Positions 25,263-38,230 of a DNA stretch of 64,000 nucleotides are shown here, piece by piece. The number at the start of each line of letters is the position of its first letter. The stretch's first letter is position 1. The stretch is taken from the NCBI RefSeq assembly GCF_001194135.2, contig NC_069000.1, forward strand, positions 42,704,176 to 42,768,175. Direction: 5' to 3'. Below the pieces are notes generated by a model. The model did no database searches, was not told the DNA's origin, and saw only the letters and a program-made list of their open reading frames with translations. Origin of the DNA: Octopus bimaculoides (Eukaryota). A program made the position numbers and the translations under genes.

Positions 25263-25305
<43 letters not shown>

Positions 25306-27110
25306 ATGCATAAGCACACAGACAGGCGACGGAAGGATACTAATGATGGTAAAGAATAGCGAAACAAAGGCATTACATCAGCAGAGTTATTTCCTCCAGA
25401 ATGATAGAAATTTCACCACTTGAAAACACGGAACCGATTACTTAGAATCTAGGGATGGATGAATGAAACATGACCGGCGTAAAACATTGAAAAAATAGCT
25501 GCAGGGCATAAGGAAATTTCCATATAGGACGGAAAAGAGATAATAATAATAATATAAAAGAAAACGAAGAGAGCTACAGGCTTTTGTACAAGCAAAACCT
25601 GAGAAACTGACGAGATACGCCTANNNNNNNNNNNNNNNNNNNNNNNNNNNNNNNNNNNNNNNNNNNNNNNNNNNNNNNNNNNNNNNNNNNNNNNNNNNNN
25701 NNNNNNNNNNNNNNNNNNNNNNNNNNNNNNNNNNNNNNNNNNNNNNNNNNNNNNNNNNNNNNNNNNNNNNNNNNNNNNNNNNNNNNNNNNNNNNNNNNNN
25801 NNNNNNNNNNNNNNNNNNNNNNNNNNNNNNNNNNNNNNNNNNNNNNNNNNNNNNNNNNNNNNNNNNNNNNNNNNNNNNNNNNNNNNNNNNNNNNNNNNNN
25901 NNNNNNNNNNNNNNNNNNNNNNNNNNNATATGTGTGTGTTTGTGTGCTGATTTTTGTGTGTGCCTCCGTTAGCGCGCATTCATGCGAATCTAGTAGAGAG
26001 AGAGAGAGAGAGAAACGAAGAGAGGAAGACGGAACAATTTTCGGATCTGGTGTTAGATAAAACATTTAATTGAACGTAGATTCGAGAAACAAAGCAAATG
26101 GATCGGAAGGAAGTTTCTGTTGAATATATTTCATGAAGTCAAATTAAAATCTAAGTATTTTATTTGAGGAAGAAATTCTCAATCTCTAACAAAACAGCCT
26201 CAGCAAAATGTATTCTTGCTCTCGTCCACGTTCTTGTTGTTGTCGTTATTCCACTTTTGTCATCATCATCATCATTTTCACTCTTCCTCCTGCCCCTCCT
26301 TCACCTCTTCCTCTGCTTCTTCTTTTTCGTTTCCTCCTCCTTTTCTTCTTTCTTGTCTTCTTTTTCTTCTTCCTTTCCTGCTGCTGCTACTATTACTACT
26401 ACTACTCTCCCCTTCCTACCTTTCTTCCCCTCCTTTCTTCGCCTCGACTCCCTTCTCCAGCTCCATTTACCCCACGTCCCCTCCTCCTCCACCTACTACT
26501 ACTACTAATAATAATAATGATAATAATAATAATAATAATAAACAATTGTAATACCACAACGACCACTGCTGCTGCTTTCAGTATTATTATTTTCTAACAT
26601 TAATCATCATCATCCTCATGTGATTGTTGTTGTTTTTATTGTTGTTGTTGTTATTTGCAGGATTTGCTGACTCGTTCAAAATGGCTACCTTGTCATTGAT
26701 ACTTTATAAGTTTTATCTTCTATTTCATTTTCCAATATGGTTATTCACTCCTTCTCAATAAAACTATGGTGGCTTAATAATTCTCTCTTTGTTATGTCAT
26801 TCCATTCATTTGCCATAAATGAAAAAAACGTCAATCAATAAGCGAAAACAAACTTATAGATCTATTATAATTATCAACAGTGTATTAATTATTATTATTT
26901 CGTTTTTAACTTTTCATAAATCGTATAGCAATCATTCCAAAACATTAATTCAGATGAAAATGATGGACGTAGAAATAAATAAATATTAATAAAGAACAAA
27001 TTACACCATTGCTAATGACTCACAGACTAAGACGGAATATATCAGATATGGTAAAAGAAAACTTTGGATGTAACTTACTGTTATGACAAGAATCAATTTC
27101 CTTGTCTGTG

Positions 27111-27148
<38 letters not shown>

Positions 27149-27317
27149 GTCTATCTATCTGTCTATCTATTTATCTATCTACAGGCATATATTAGTGTAT
27201 ATATACATTTACGTACATATATCGAAACAAATATAATTATAGATATATGTATATGCATACAATATATATTATGAACGAATGTGAATATATCTATACATGT
27301 ATAGATATATATTTAGT

Positions 27318-27700
27318 GTGAGTGGCTGTGTGGTATGTAGCTTGCATACCAATCACATGGTTTCGGGTTCGGTCCCACTGCATCGCACCTTGGACAAGTG
27401 ACTACTACTATATAGCCTCGGGCCGACCAAAGCCTTATTTGACAAACGGAAACTGGGAAAAGCCTGTCGTATATGTATATGTATATATATGCATGTGTGT
27501 GTATATCTGTGTTTGTCTCTTTCAACATCGCCTGATAACCGATGTTGACGTGTTTACGTCCCTGTAACTTAGCGGTTCGGCAAAAGTAACCGATAGAATA
27601 AGTACCAGGCTCACAAAACACAAGCCCTAGGGTCGATTTGCTCATCTAAAGGCGGTGCTCCAGCATAGCCATAGTCAAATGACTGAAACAAGTAAAACAG
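27318..27700 (+). mobile_element. SINE family B, full length
   Basis: Colinear with 19759-20319. Confidence 0.9.
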
Positions 27701-27707
27701 TATATTT

Positions 27708-27741
27708 GTCTTTTAAGTTTCGAGACTACGCTCTTGAAGAC
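27708..27741 (-). ncRNA. Decayed minimal hammerhead motif
   Basis: Minus strand GTCTT-CAAGA-G CGTAGTCT C-GAAA-CT-TA-AAAGAC. Stem I GTCTT/AAGAC and GAAA present; the CTGAAGA box lacks TG. Confidence 0.3.
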
Positions 27742-28726
27742 TGTGTGTGTGCATTTACATATACACATCTATTTTCATACTTGAATTAGTATGAGGAATG
27801 CAGTGATGTTATGGTGTCAAACTTAGCGTGTTTTAATCGATCATTTTGTACTCAGAATTTATTTTAGTCAGATAATTATTTTATCGATTCCTACCTAGCG
27901 AACTGTTAAATTAATGGAAACAAACAAACAAACAGCAACAACAACGCCAGGAACATCAACATCTGTTTTGCTTTGATCAGTGTAATGGTAAACATAGAAT
28001 GCGACGGATACACACATACGCTATACATGTGTACCTGCATATATACACAGATATGCATACATACATACACGCAAACATGCATACATACACACAAATACAT
28101 ACGTATATACAAACATAGACAGACTGACGGATAAGCAGACAATGCGTACCTACATGCATATAGATAGACACACACATTCATGCATACATACATACTTACA
28201 TAAACGCTTACGTACATATATACATATATACATTCATACATACATACATACATACACAGACATATATACACGTAGGTATGTATATCGTTCTGCGTTTGTA
28301 TTTGTGTGCATGACTGTACGTATGTTCATAGCGTGTATATGTGAGTTGATGTAAACTTTTTAATGAGGTATACCTAATTTTTAATTAAAACTTACTGAAC
28401 AAAACGTAAACAAATGTAAACACTGTTTTATGTTTGCATACGCTTACGTTTTGCACCGAAGTCAATAAATCTGAAAATTGTTTATACATTTTAATATTTT
28501 CAAATTGTGTGTTGCGCATAAATTGAATCACGCGCACAAACGCACCGACCTATCTTTGAGCATATATACACGCCCCGCCCCCAACATATATGTATCTAAA
28601 TAATAATGTTTGTTTTCATGTCGAGTGATATACAAGATCTCTTTCAATATTAAACTGAAAATTTCCTCAATAATTTTCAGTAGATTTAATATTATTAATC
28701 TTTCAAAAGGAAAAGTCTGATTGTGA

Positions 28727-28756
28727 CTTCGACGTTTCGCTTTGATCACCATGAAG
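28727..28756 (-). ncRNA. Decayed minimal hammerhead motif
   Basis: Minus strand CTTC-ATGGTGA-TC AAA GC-GAAA-CG-TC-GAAG. Stem I CTTC/GAAG, palindromic ACGT stem III and GUC triplet are intact; three substitutions from CTGATGA-GC. Confidence 0.35.
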
Positions 28757-29759
28757 AGAGATTCTGACGTAGTCCAGGAACCAGAAGCTTCTCAGAGGGT
28801 GTGAGACTTTTCCTTCTAAGAGATTGATAGGTACAAACATATACACACACACACACTCGCAGACACACACACACACACACACACTCGAAGACACATACAC
28901 ACACACACACACACACACACNNNNNNNNNNNNNNNNNNNNNNNNNNNNNNNNNNNNNNNNNNNNNNNNNNNNNNNNNNNNNNNNNNNNNNNNNNNNNNNN
29001 NNNNNNNNNNNNNNNNNNNNNNNNNNNNNNNNNNNNNNNNNNNNNNNNNNNNNNNNNNNNNNNNNNNNNNNNNNNNNNNNNNNNNNNNNNNNNNNNNNNN
29101 NNNNNNNNNNNNNNNNNNNNNNNNNNNNNNNNNNNNNNNNNNNNNNNNNNNNNNNNNNNNNNNNNNNNNNNNNNNNNNNNNNNNNNNNNNNNNNNNNNNN
29201 NNNNNNNNNNNNNNNNNNNNNNNNNNNNNNNNNNNNNNNNNNNNNNNNNNNNNNNNNNNNNNNNNNNNNNNNNNNNNNNNNNNNNNNNNNNNNNNNNNNN
29301 NNNNNNNNNNNNNNNNNNNNNNNNNNNNNNNNNNNNNNNNNNNNNNNNNNNNNNNNNNNNNNNNNNNNNNNNNNNNNNNNNNNNNNNNNNNNNNNNNNNN
29401 NNNNNNNNNNNNNNNNNNNNNNNNNNNNNNNNNNNNNNNNNNNNNNNNNNNNNNNNNNNNNNNNNNNNNNNNNNNNNNNNNNNNNNNNNNNNNNNNNNNN
29501 NNNNNNNNNNNNNNNNNNNNNNNNNNNNNNNNNNNNNNNNNNNNNNNNNNNNNNNNNNNNNNNNNNNNNNNNNNNNNNNNNNNNNNNNNNNNNNNNNNNN
29601 NNNNNNNNNNNNNNNNNNNNNNNNNNNNNNNNNNNNNNNNNNNNNNNNNNNNNNNNNNNNNNNNNNNNNNNNNNNNNNNNNNNNNNNNNNNACACACACA
29701 CACACTCGCAGACACACACACACACACACACACTGTGAGCTACGCTATTATCTTAGGAG

Positions 29760-30070
29760 TGAAATTTAGGATTTCTCGGTTTTCTGTGAATCGATTTCGG
29801 TAAATATATATTATTATGGTTTTTTGTCGAATATATACTCAATGTATGCTTAATATGTACCATTACCCTTCCTTTTCTGAAAAACAAAATGTCTAGATGG
29901 GTTATTTTCATTCTAAAGCTATCAGCCTGGTTCACTCAAAAACTGAAGAATCTAAAATAAAAAAAACAAAGGACGTTACACAGAATAATGGAAACATAAC
30001 AATGGTGCTGCCATATTGTGCAAACCAGCTGGGGAAAATTTTAATCAAAATCGATTCACAGAAAACCGAC
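29760..30070 (+). pseudogene. Possible Penelope-like RT C-terminal/linker relic
   Basis: FRISRFS ... GYFHSKAISLV ... ITMVLPYCANQLGKILIK resembles the PLE pattern RIRRICS...GYP..I...VLPY.....I.KIL; frameshifted, judged by eye. Confidence 0.35.
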
Positions 30071-30657
30071 AAATATCACATTTCTCAGTAACAGATAGTA
30101 AAGTTCTTACTGACAAAAAACCACAGTTCTCACTACCAAATAACAAAGACTCACTAATAAATTTTGGACCACTCAGTAAAAGATGTCACAGCTTTCAGTA
30201 TAAGATATCACAGCTCTAACAGATATCATAGCTCCCACTAACAGATATCGTAGCTCTCACTAACAGATATCATAGCTCTCAAGAACTGATATCAAAGCTC
30301 TCACTAACAAATATCACAGCTCTCACTAACTGATATCACAGCTCACACTAACAGATATGCAAGTTCTCACTAAGAAATAACAAAATCTCACTAGTAAATT
30401 TCATACACTCCCTCTAAAAGATATCACAGCTCTCACTATAAGATATCACAGCTCTCACTATAAAATATCACAGCTCCCACTAACGGATATCACACCTCTC
30501 CCTAGCAGAATAGCATAGCTCTCACTAACAAATATCACAACTCTCACTATAAGATATCACATCTCTCAGGAAACGATAGCACAGCTCTCAGTATGAGATA
30601 TCACAGGTCTCAGTAACACACATCTCAGCTCTCAGTAATAAATATCACAACTCTACA
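30071..30657. repeat. 22-bp minisatellite, about 26 units
   Basis: Consensus AGATATCACAGCTCTCACTAAC, with more decayed units at the left edge. Confidence 0.92.
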
Positions 30658-31098
30658 CCTTCCATTTTCTCAATTTCATTCTTGCATATGAAATAATAAC
30701 GACAATTTTATTGCTGACACCGAGTCAACACGTTTTGTGTTGAACTCGGTCCTAACATTTGATTTGTTCTCTATTGTCTTTCTCTTCAAATATTTTCCTT
30801 TCATATGCCCACATTTTTCATATAACTGCAGATATTTCCTTTCATTCGTAAAAGAGGAATTATGTGTATTTTGAAATATTCCAATTCAAAATAGGACCAG
30901 GTTCCTGCTTGATCAATTTTATTAAAAATGCTTCTCTTAGTTCTTTCATTTAGAATATGAAACGAAGGGGATTTTCAAATTTAGCTGTTGTTGCAAACCG
31001 AAGTTAAAGATTCAATATGGGAAAAATGATAACTTTAAAACTTTAATATAAAGCACCCATATCTATCTGTCTATCCATCCATCTATACTCACACACAT

Positions 31099-31131
<33 letters not shown>

Positions 31132-31932
31132 CATGTGTGTGTGTGTGTGTGTGTGTGTATGTACGTGTGTATGTTTGCGTATTTCAACCATGTGTGTGAG
31201 TTGTGTTTCGAGTTTTTTTTTCCTGGAGCCTAAAACCAAGCTAATTTGTTTCAAAATCTTCCAGCATCTTCCCCATCATATATATTAGTGTTTCAATCAA
31301 GCAAAACGCAGCACGTGCTGTAATGAATCTCACTAGAACATTCGAAAGAAAAATGGCCGATGTATTCTAAGTGGTTTTACAATACAGAGTTTTACCCTTT
31401 ATGTAGTTCGTAGATAACTTAATGGCTTCCTTTCTTCTTTGTCAGAGTTTACTTTTGTCTACACTGTTGTCGATATTGATGCTGATGTTGTTATTGTAGT
31501 TGCTTTTGTCTTTGTTGTGCACGTTATTGCTTCTGTTTGTCGCCATGTTGTAGTATTCGCTGCCTTCGTTTGCTCTTACTACTACTCCCTGTTTTTGTTA
31601 TAAACGTATTTGAATCTGGAAGTGCAGAGACGTCGAATTTGCTTTTCTTTTTGAAGAGATTTATCCGTGCATTACCAAATGAAATTTTCATGGAAGTACT
31701 TGCGGTAGAAAGAAGTGTAAGTACTTAAGAAAGGGCAGCTCCCGATGCCCGGGAATAGAAAAATCGAAAAAAAAAAAGGGGGTATATTTCACAAACATTT
31801 AGAAATGACACACATTGCATTTTCACATCGAAAATAGACACCACATATAATTATGCTACAATGCTTTTCACGACAATGGCAACTAATCAAGAGAAATTCA
31901 AAAGAAACACAACTTGCTATATTCTTTTCTAC

Positions 31933-32138
31933 TCTGGGCAAAAGGCCCGAAATTTTTGGGGGTGGGGGACCAATCGATGAGCTCGACCTCTGTATGCAAC
32001 TGGTACTTAATTCATCGATCCTGAAAAGATGAAAGGCAAAGTCGACTTCGGTGGAATTTGAACTCAGAACGTAATGGCAAACGCAGTATCGCTAAGCATC
32101 TCGCGCGGCCGGATAACGAGTCTGCCAGATCGCCACTT
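31933..32138 (-). mobile_element. tRNA-derived SINE, family C
   Basis: Minus strand GGCGATCTGGCAGA...GTTCTGAGTTCAAATTCC...GTCGACTTTGCCTTTCATC...TAAGTACCAGTTG...AAAATTTCGGGCCTT. Confidence 0.85.
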
Positions 32139-33706
32139 TAAATAAGGAACCTATCATGATTACTGGAAACATTTGTAAGTCAAATTTTCAGCAACAAAGA
32201 AAACAAATATAACGCCCATCGTTTATATATTGTCTTGTTTAAAACCTAGTATAACTGAAGAGCAACCACGGATTTACAATATAGACTGGCGTGCTAACGT
32301 TAATCATCAGCTGCCTCATAGATACCATCATGGTTTTGATATCTGGGCAGTACCATTCAATCCGCTGGTGTCAACAGCACTAAAACAAGTGTTGTTTGGG
32401 AACAAACATACCAAAGAAACCACAACTTTCAAATACATTTATCCTAAGTACAACAGTATCTGTAAATAAATCAAATAAGTAAATCAATAACCACTTCCTG
32501 ACTATGTAACTAAACAGTGACCAAACCTTTATGTCATATTTTATTACCTACAGTCTTCCATAGTATAATAAAAGTGAAATCTTAACTACATTCATTCAAT
32601 CTAAATATAGGCAGGATTAAACATTAACTTTAAAACTAAACTACAAGAAGAATATGAATCTATGTACATCTGTATTAATAGTAAACCTACAACATCTGAA
32701 TCATATACTAAATAACGACCGCGTGCGTGCGTGCGTGCGTGCGTGTGTTTCGATAAAAACTGATACCAAATTACACAAGAGAATAAGTACATTAGAAAGA
32801 AAAAAGAAAAGAGACGACAATGATATTTCACTGAAAAGCTTCAAGGAGAGGACAAAAATATCTCCGGATAGGACAATAGTGTTTCATTTAAAAAGTTTAC
32901 GGAGAGGATATTGATACAATCTCACTGGAAAAAAAAAACTAACGCCAGAGCAGTAACATAATTTCAATGAAAAGATTAACGAGCGCTGGAAATTTTAGCG
33001 GGCAGGGCAAAAATATTTTGTCGTTGAGAAAATCGACGACTTGCCAAAATAGGATTTGAGTGAGGAAATTAGCGGACAGAACAATGATATAATTTCATTG
33101 AAATAATTAACAAATAGAACAATATGATAGGTTCGGTGGAGGGAAGGGATATTCAACATTTTACGATTTGCTACACAAGTCGTTTAAGGTTTTCTAGAGA
33201 ATATCGATGTTTTAGCTTCGGATTCTTAGTGAGTTNNNNNNNNNNNNNNNNNNNNNNNNNNNNNNNNNNNNNNNNNNNNNNNNNNNNNNNNNNNNNNNNN
33301 NNNNNNNNNNNNNNNNNNNNNNNNNNNNNNNNNNNNNNNNNNNNNNNNNNNNNNNNNNNNNNNNNNNNNNNNNNNNNNNNNNNNNNNNNNNNNNNNNNNN
33401 NNNNNNNNNNNNNNNNNNNNNNNNNNNNNNNNNNNNNNNNNNNNNNNNNNNNNNNNNNNNNNNNNNNNNNNNNNNNNNNNNNNNNNNNNNNNNNNNNNNN
33501 NNNNNNNNNNNNNNNNNNNNNNNNNNNNNNNNNNNNNNNNNNNNNNNNNNNNNNNNNNNNATCAGCTGCATCGGAAATCTGCAACGGCTCCAGGCTCCAT
33601 AACTACCGTCTCGGCTATAACCTTGGAGCTCAAGTAATCCGTTACACCACTTACTTAGCGTACCTAATCGTTTAGATCACCGGTGAACTAAACCCCCAAA
33701 CATTGT

Positions 33707-33755
<49 letters not shown>

Positions 33756-36188
33756 CACCCAGGAACGACTGTAGGCTGTACCAACTTGAATTAATATCTG
33801 CAGAAAGCAATACCAAAAGAAATCAGTCAGCTGTGAAATAGAAAAATCTTTAAGATATATATTTTACGTTAATAAGAGGGAGTTGTAAACATTTATTTTT
33901 ATTCTAACTTCGTTGGAAATGTTTACAATGAAATTGAAATTTGAAGAAAACTATTTGATTAAAAGTTAAGAAAGAAATGGAAATTGGTAATATTTGTAAA
34001 TGTTTTTTTCCCCTATATTTCTTATATTAAAAATGGTTTAAAGGTAGCCATCTTTTTCTATAGTTGCACTTCTGTCAGTTTAAAAAATTATAGAGTTTGA
34101 TTGAAAATGAAAGAATAAACTTTAAATCGTAAGTTTTATTTCATATCACTTTTGTGTAATCATATTCCACGTCATTCAACTGGTTTCTAGCTCTGTATTA
34201 CGTCTCTCCTCATGTTGCCAGGCAATGGTAACAATAGATACCTACATCAATGTCAGACGATTTATAGTTTTCCTTAGGAAAGATACTGCAATCGTTTCCT
34301 ATTCCTTCTGATTTAATTACAGTTTACATTACTGTTCATCTACTCTCTCGGGTCTACACTTGAAGTTTGGGGCCTAATTAACGCTTTGGCAGGGGAGGGG
34401 GCTGGTTCAGAAGAAATCAAGGTATGGTGATATATCGGTGGGCATGTGAGATGAATACCCAGGAGTCACCTTTGCTCCCTGTTCAGTATGTCTTTTCCAC
34501 AGGACAATTTTCTGCAACTTGACTTGCACTGGAGACTATGATTGCTACTACGACCCCGGACCGGAGCGAATTTTGGTGTAGAGGGGTCTAAGGGTTTGCT
34601 TTATACTCCAGGAAAGTGAATACTCGAACTGGAGCTTCACTACATATTGCGTTTAATGTTTTGTCCGCAACAACGATTTAGATTGCAATGAAGAAATGGA
34701 AAATAGATTCTCAAGACATTTTATAGAAATATTACGAAGAAAAAGAAAAAAAAATTAAATTAAGAATTGTAATTAGCTATTATCTTTTCTTTTATAGAAT
34801 TTCCCTTAAAATCCCCGATTGTAAATCTAGATGCCTCCAAGCTTTAGTGCATATACGCTACGTTTTCGCAAAAGAATCAAAACGAGATTTTTAAAGAAAA
34901 TGATTTGATTGAAAAGTACACAAAGCACTTTAAATGTAAAAATAAGAAATGTACGTTTGTTAATTTGTTATTTTATGCTTTTGGAGATTTCATATGACTA
35001 CATAGATCTAGTTTCTTATACCCGGCCTGCCGTTGTATGTTGTGAACCATAATGCCGTAAAGAAATCTAAAACGTACTTTCAGAGATAATCATTTGACTG
35101 ACAAGTAGAGGAAAAGAACGGAGATTACTATCTGATATATTCTGTTCCATGTTGTTTTCCTTCTTTTATTATTAATATAATTCCATATATCCATTTGATT
35201 CCTACCTTCGGGTTACAGTGAAATGATCGAGAATGTCTTTAAAGAAAGCGGAATCAGACTTTAGAAGAATATTTGATTGAAAAGCACATAAAAGGAATAC
35301 AGATGAGAAGATGCAGGTTCTGTTTGAATATATATTCATTCTCAGACAGTTCTATAGACCCAATTGCAATCGCTAGCTGCATTTTCCCGTTTCCTAATCC
35401 GTTCTTCTGATCTCATGCAGATAACGTCTGATTTTCGTATGCTGTACAAATGATGTGCGTATGAAATATTTCCTCTGTAGGAATGTGTTTATATGTGTTT
35501 TTCCTTATTCTTTTTTTTTTATTGTTATGAGCGTGTAAAAAATGTGCTTGCACTCGTATGTATTTGCACGTGTGTGCGAATGTATATGCAATTGTATGCA
35601 GGCACGAGCTTTTTTCTGCATGTCTTTGTGCGTGTTTGTACTATGGCTATGAAATGGTTTCTTTAGAAAGGAAAGAATTAGGAAAGAAAATCGGAGAGAA
35701 AACAAAATGGAGAAACGCACAAGTACACACGCACGTATGCAGACGCATACAAACGTATACATATATATATGTGTATATGTGTGTGCGTAATAATATATGC
35801 ACGCATGTATATATGTCTAAGTCTGTGTGTATTAATGTGTGTGCATGTATATATACGTGTATCTCCTCATCCCTCTCTTTATATGTATATAAATGTGTGT
35901 GTGTGAATGCATATATATCTATCTATCAAGAAAGACACCGCTCTTATTATCCGCCTGTCCAACATCCTAAATTGGAATTTATTGAACCCGAAATGGGGAG
36001 AGGCAAAGCTGCTCTCATTGGGATATAAGGTCAGAGTGTAGACATTCAGGACAAATACTGCAAGGTACTTTATCCCACAATTCTTGTAAGGTATGAATAC
36101 ATATATATACATATATATACATATGCGTGTGCATGTATATACATATATAAATGCATAAATACACAGACACACATACACACATATATAT

Positions 36189-36228
<40 letters not shown>

Positions 36229-37337
36229 ATATGCACGTTTTTTTATAAATGTGCAGCAATGTAGACGAGATTGTTCAAGTATAAACGAGAAAACAGATTT
36301 CAGATTTGTTATAAAACCTCATATTTCGACCAAAAATGCTCCCACTGAAAATATGAAAGTTACGGGGCAGTTCGAAATTTCAAGTGTGTAAGATGGGTTA
36401 ATATGACATGATATTGAAATATGGGAAACATGCGGATAGTGACATGAATGCACTTTCGAGGTAACATATTCTAAAATCGATCTCACAACTAACTTTCACA
36501 GTTTGGCACTTATAGATGGCCTGAATATCTCTCACGATATACATTTCGGCTTGACTCAGCATAAAAGAAGTGTTATAGAATCTCTGAAGCATTGCGTAAT
36601 ACTGAGAAATTAGTGATTTGGAAAGCCGTGTCTATGCAGTTTTGGATAGATTAAATATAAGTAACAAATACTACACTTCTACATGAAAACATAATCCGAT
36701 ATTTGTGTGTTAAGAAAAAGAACGTGTAATTGTTGTTCTTTATATTCAATCTATTTCTGACTGCATTACTTTGGCTTTCTAAATCAATGACTTTTCTTCT
36801 TTTCTACTGAGCAATACGTTAAGAAAACCATGAAAGTCTTCTCTGTCTGTCTGTCTGTATGCGTTGATAGATGCATATATGGTTGTATATGTATATAGTT
36901 TGCATGGCTGGGTAGCTGGATGATCGGTTAGCTAGTTGTATGTTTGTGCGTATTTACGTAGCATTTGTTTTTAGTTTTATACAGATTTGTATATTACATT
37001 TTCGCTACAGCACAGAGAACATTTTCTATTCTTTATTTGATTAGAAACAAGTATAACACATGCCTAGACACTGGCACACAGGTACGCATAATATAGGTAT
37101 CTATCTATCTATCTATCTATCTATCGATCGATCAGACTCTCCAATAACAAAAATATCTGTACATATATACGTAAATGTGTGTATGTGTGTGCGTATCTGT
37201 GTGTGTTTGTGTGTGTGTTTATGTATTTATGTATGAAAACATGTATGTAAGTGAGTACATAATTATGCATGTTCTCTTTTGATTTTAATTTAAAATTCTG
37301 CCTCTGAGGAAGGGGTTAGTTTCTAAGAAAGACAATG

Positions 37338-38230
37338 TCATATATTGAACCTGAGAAGAATCTTGCTGAATTTTACTGTTCCACTTACGGATTGTGTTTG
37401 TGATGTGCGAGTTTGTTGGTTGATTCCATTTTCTGAAAACCTTAGCTTATCCAGAGTGTCAATTAGGTATTTACTCACAAAACCAAGTGGACCAGATAAA
37501 ATTTGTATAAATATGTATTTATAATCTTAGAATAGAACTTAGATGTTTCGAAGCAGTTGTCCATAGTAATCTTCTTTCTATTTAATTTTCAAATAGATAT
37601 TCACATCAGCATGATAACTGACTTCAATAACGGAACATAAAGTATCTTGTCTGTCCCAAATAACAATATTCTGTTTGCACTCGACATATTCTGTTAGGAA
37701 TGCCCCGCCAGTATTCCTTGTGTTGATGTTAGTGTACATATTCAATAACATGGGGCTTCTCTATATTTATTCCATGAAAGACTTTTCCCTTATGGCATTG
37801 TATATTGTTTTTGCGATTATGGCCTCATGATATAATATACGTCAAACTATTTAATAATCTAATATTTCGAGTGGAAATACCCCAAATCAAGTTTTCGGAA
37901 AAACAAAACAGGGACAGAACATCAGAACTGGTCAAAGGTTTAAGTGTATTCATTATGACGGGGTTACACCGTACATTCCTGAAATGTGGGATAAATTGGG
38001 ATTCGTCCCGGGGTTACAACAAATTCGAAGCAGAGTTTGCATAAATTTATCTGAGGACTCAACTTCGAAAACATTTTCTCGATACTTGGTAATAAATTTG
38101 ACATGGCTGGGCATAATGAAAGCTTGCTTCAAGCAAACGGTAGTCTACAAAGTCACAGGCACGGAGTTTGGGATAGTTCATATATAAACAACCACATACG
38201 ATGCTTTTTGCCTTGGAACATTTAATAACC
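37338..38230 (-). mobile_element. Relic RLE-type (R4/Dong-like) non-LTR retrotransposon, C-terminal restriction-like endonuclease region
   Basis: Minus-strand translations IAKTIYNAIR (about 37788-37815), KEYWRGIP, IVIWDRQDTLCSVIEVS...DVNIYLKI.*KEDYYGQL, GPLGFV and SVSGTVKFSKILLRF* follow the order of the RLE domain. Stops and frameshifts present; the RPD catalytic motif is lost. Confidence 0.8.

Noticed and set aside
25600-25623. CTGACGAG just before a gap
   Set aside because: The rest of a possible hammerhead would lie in the N-run, so it cannot be evaluated.
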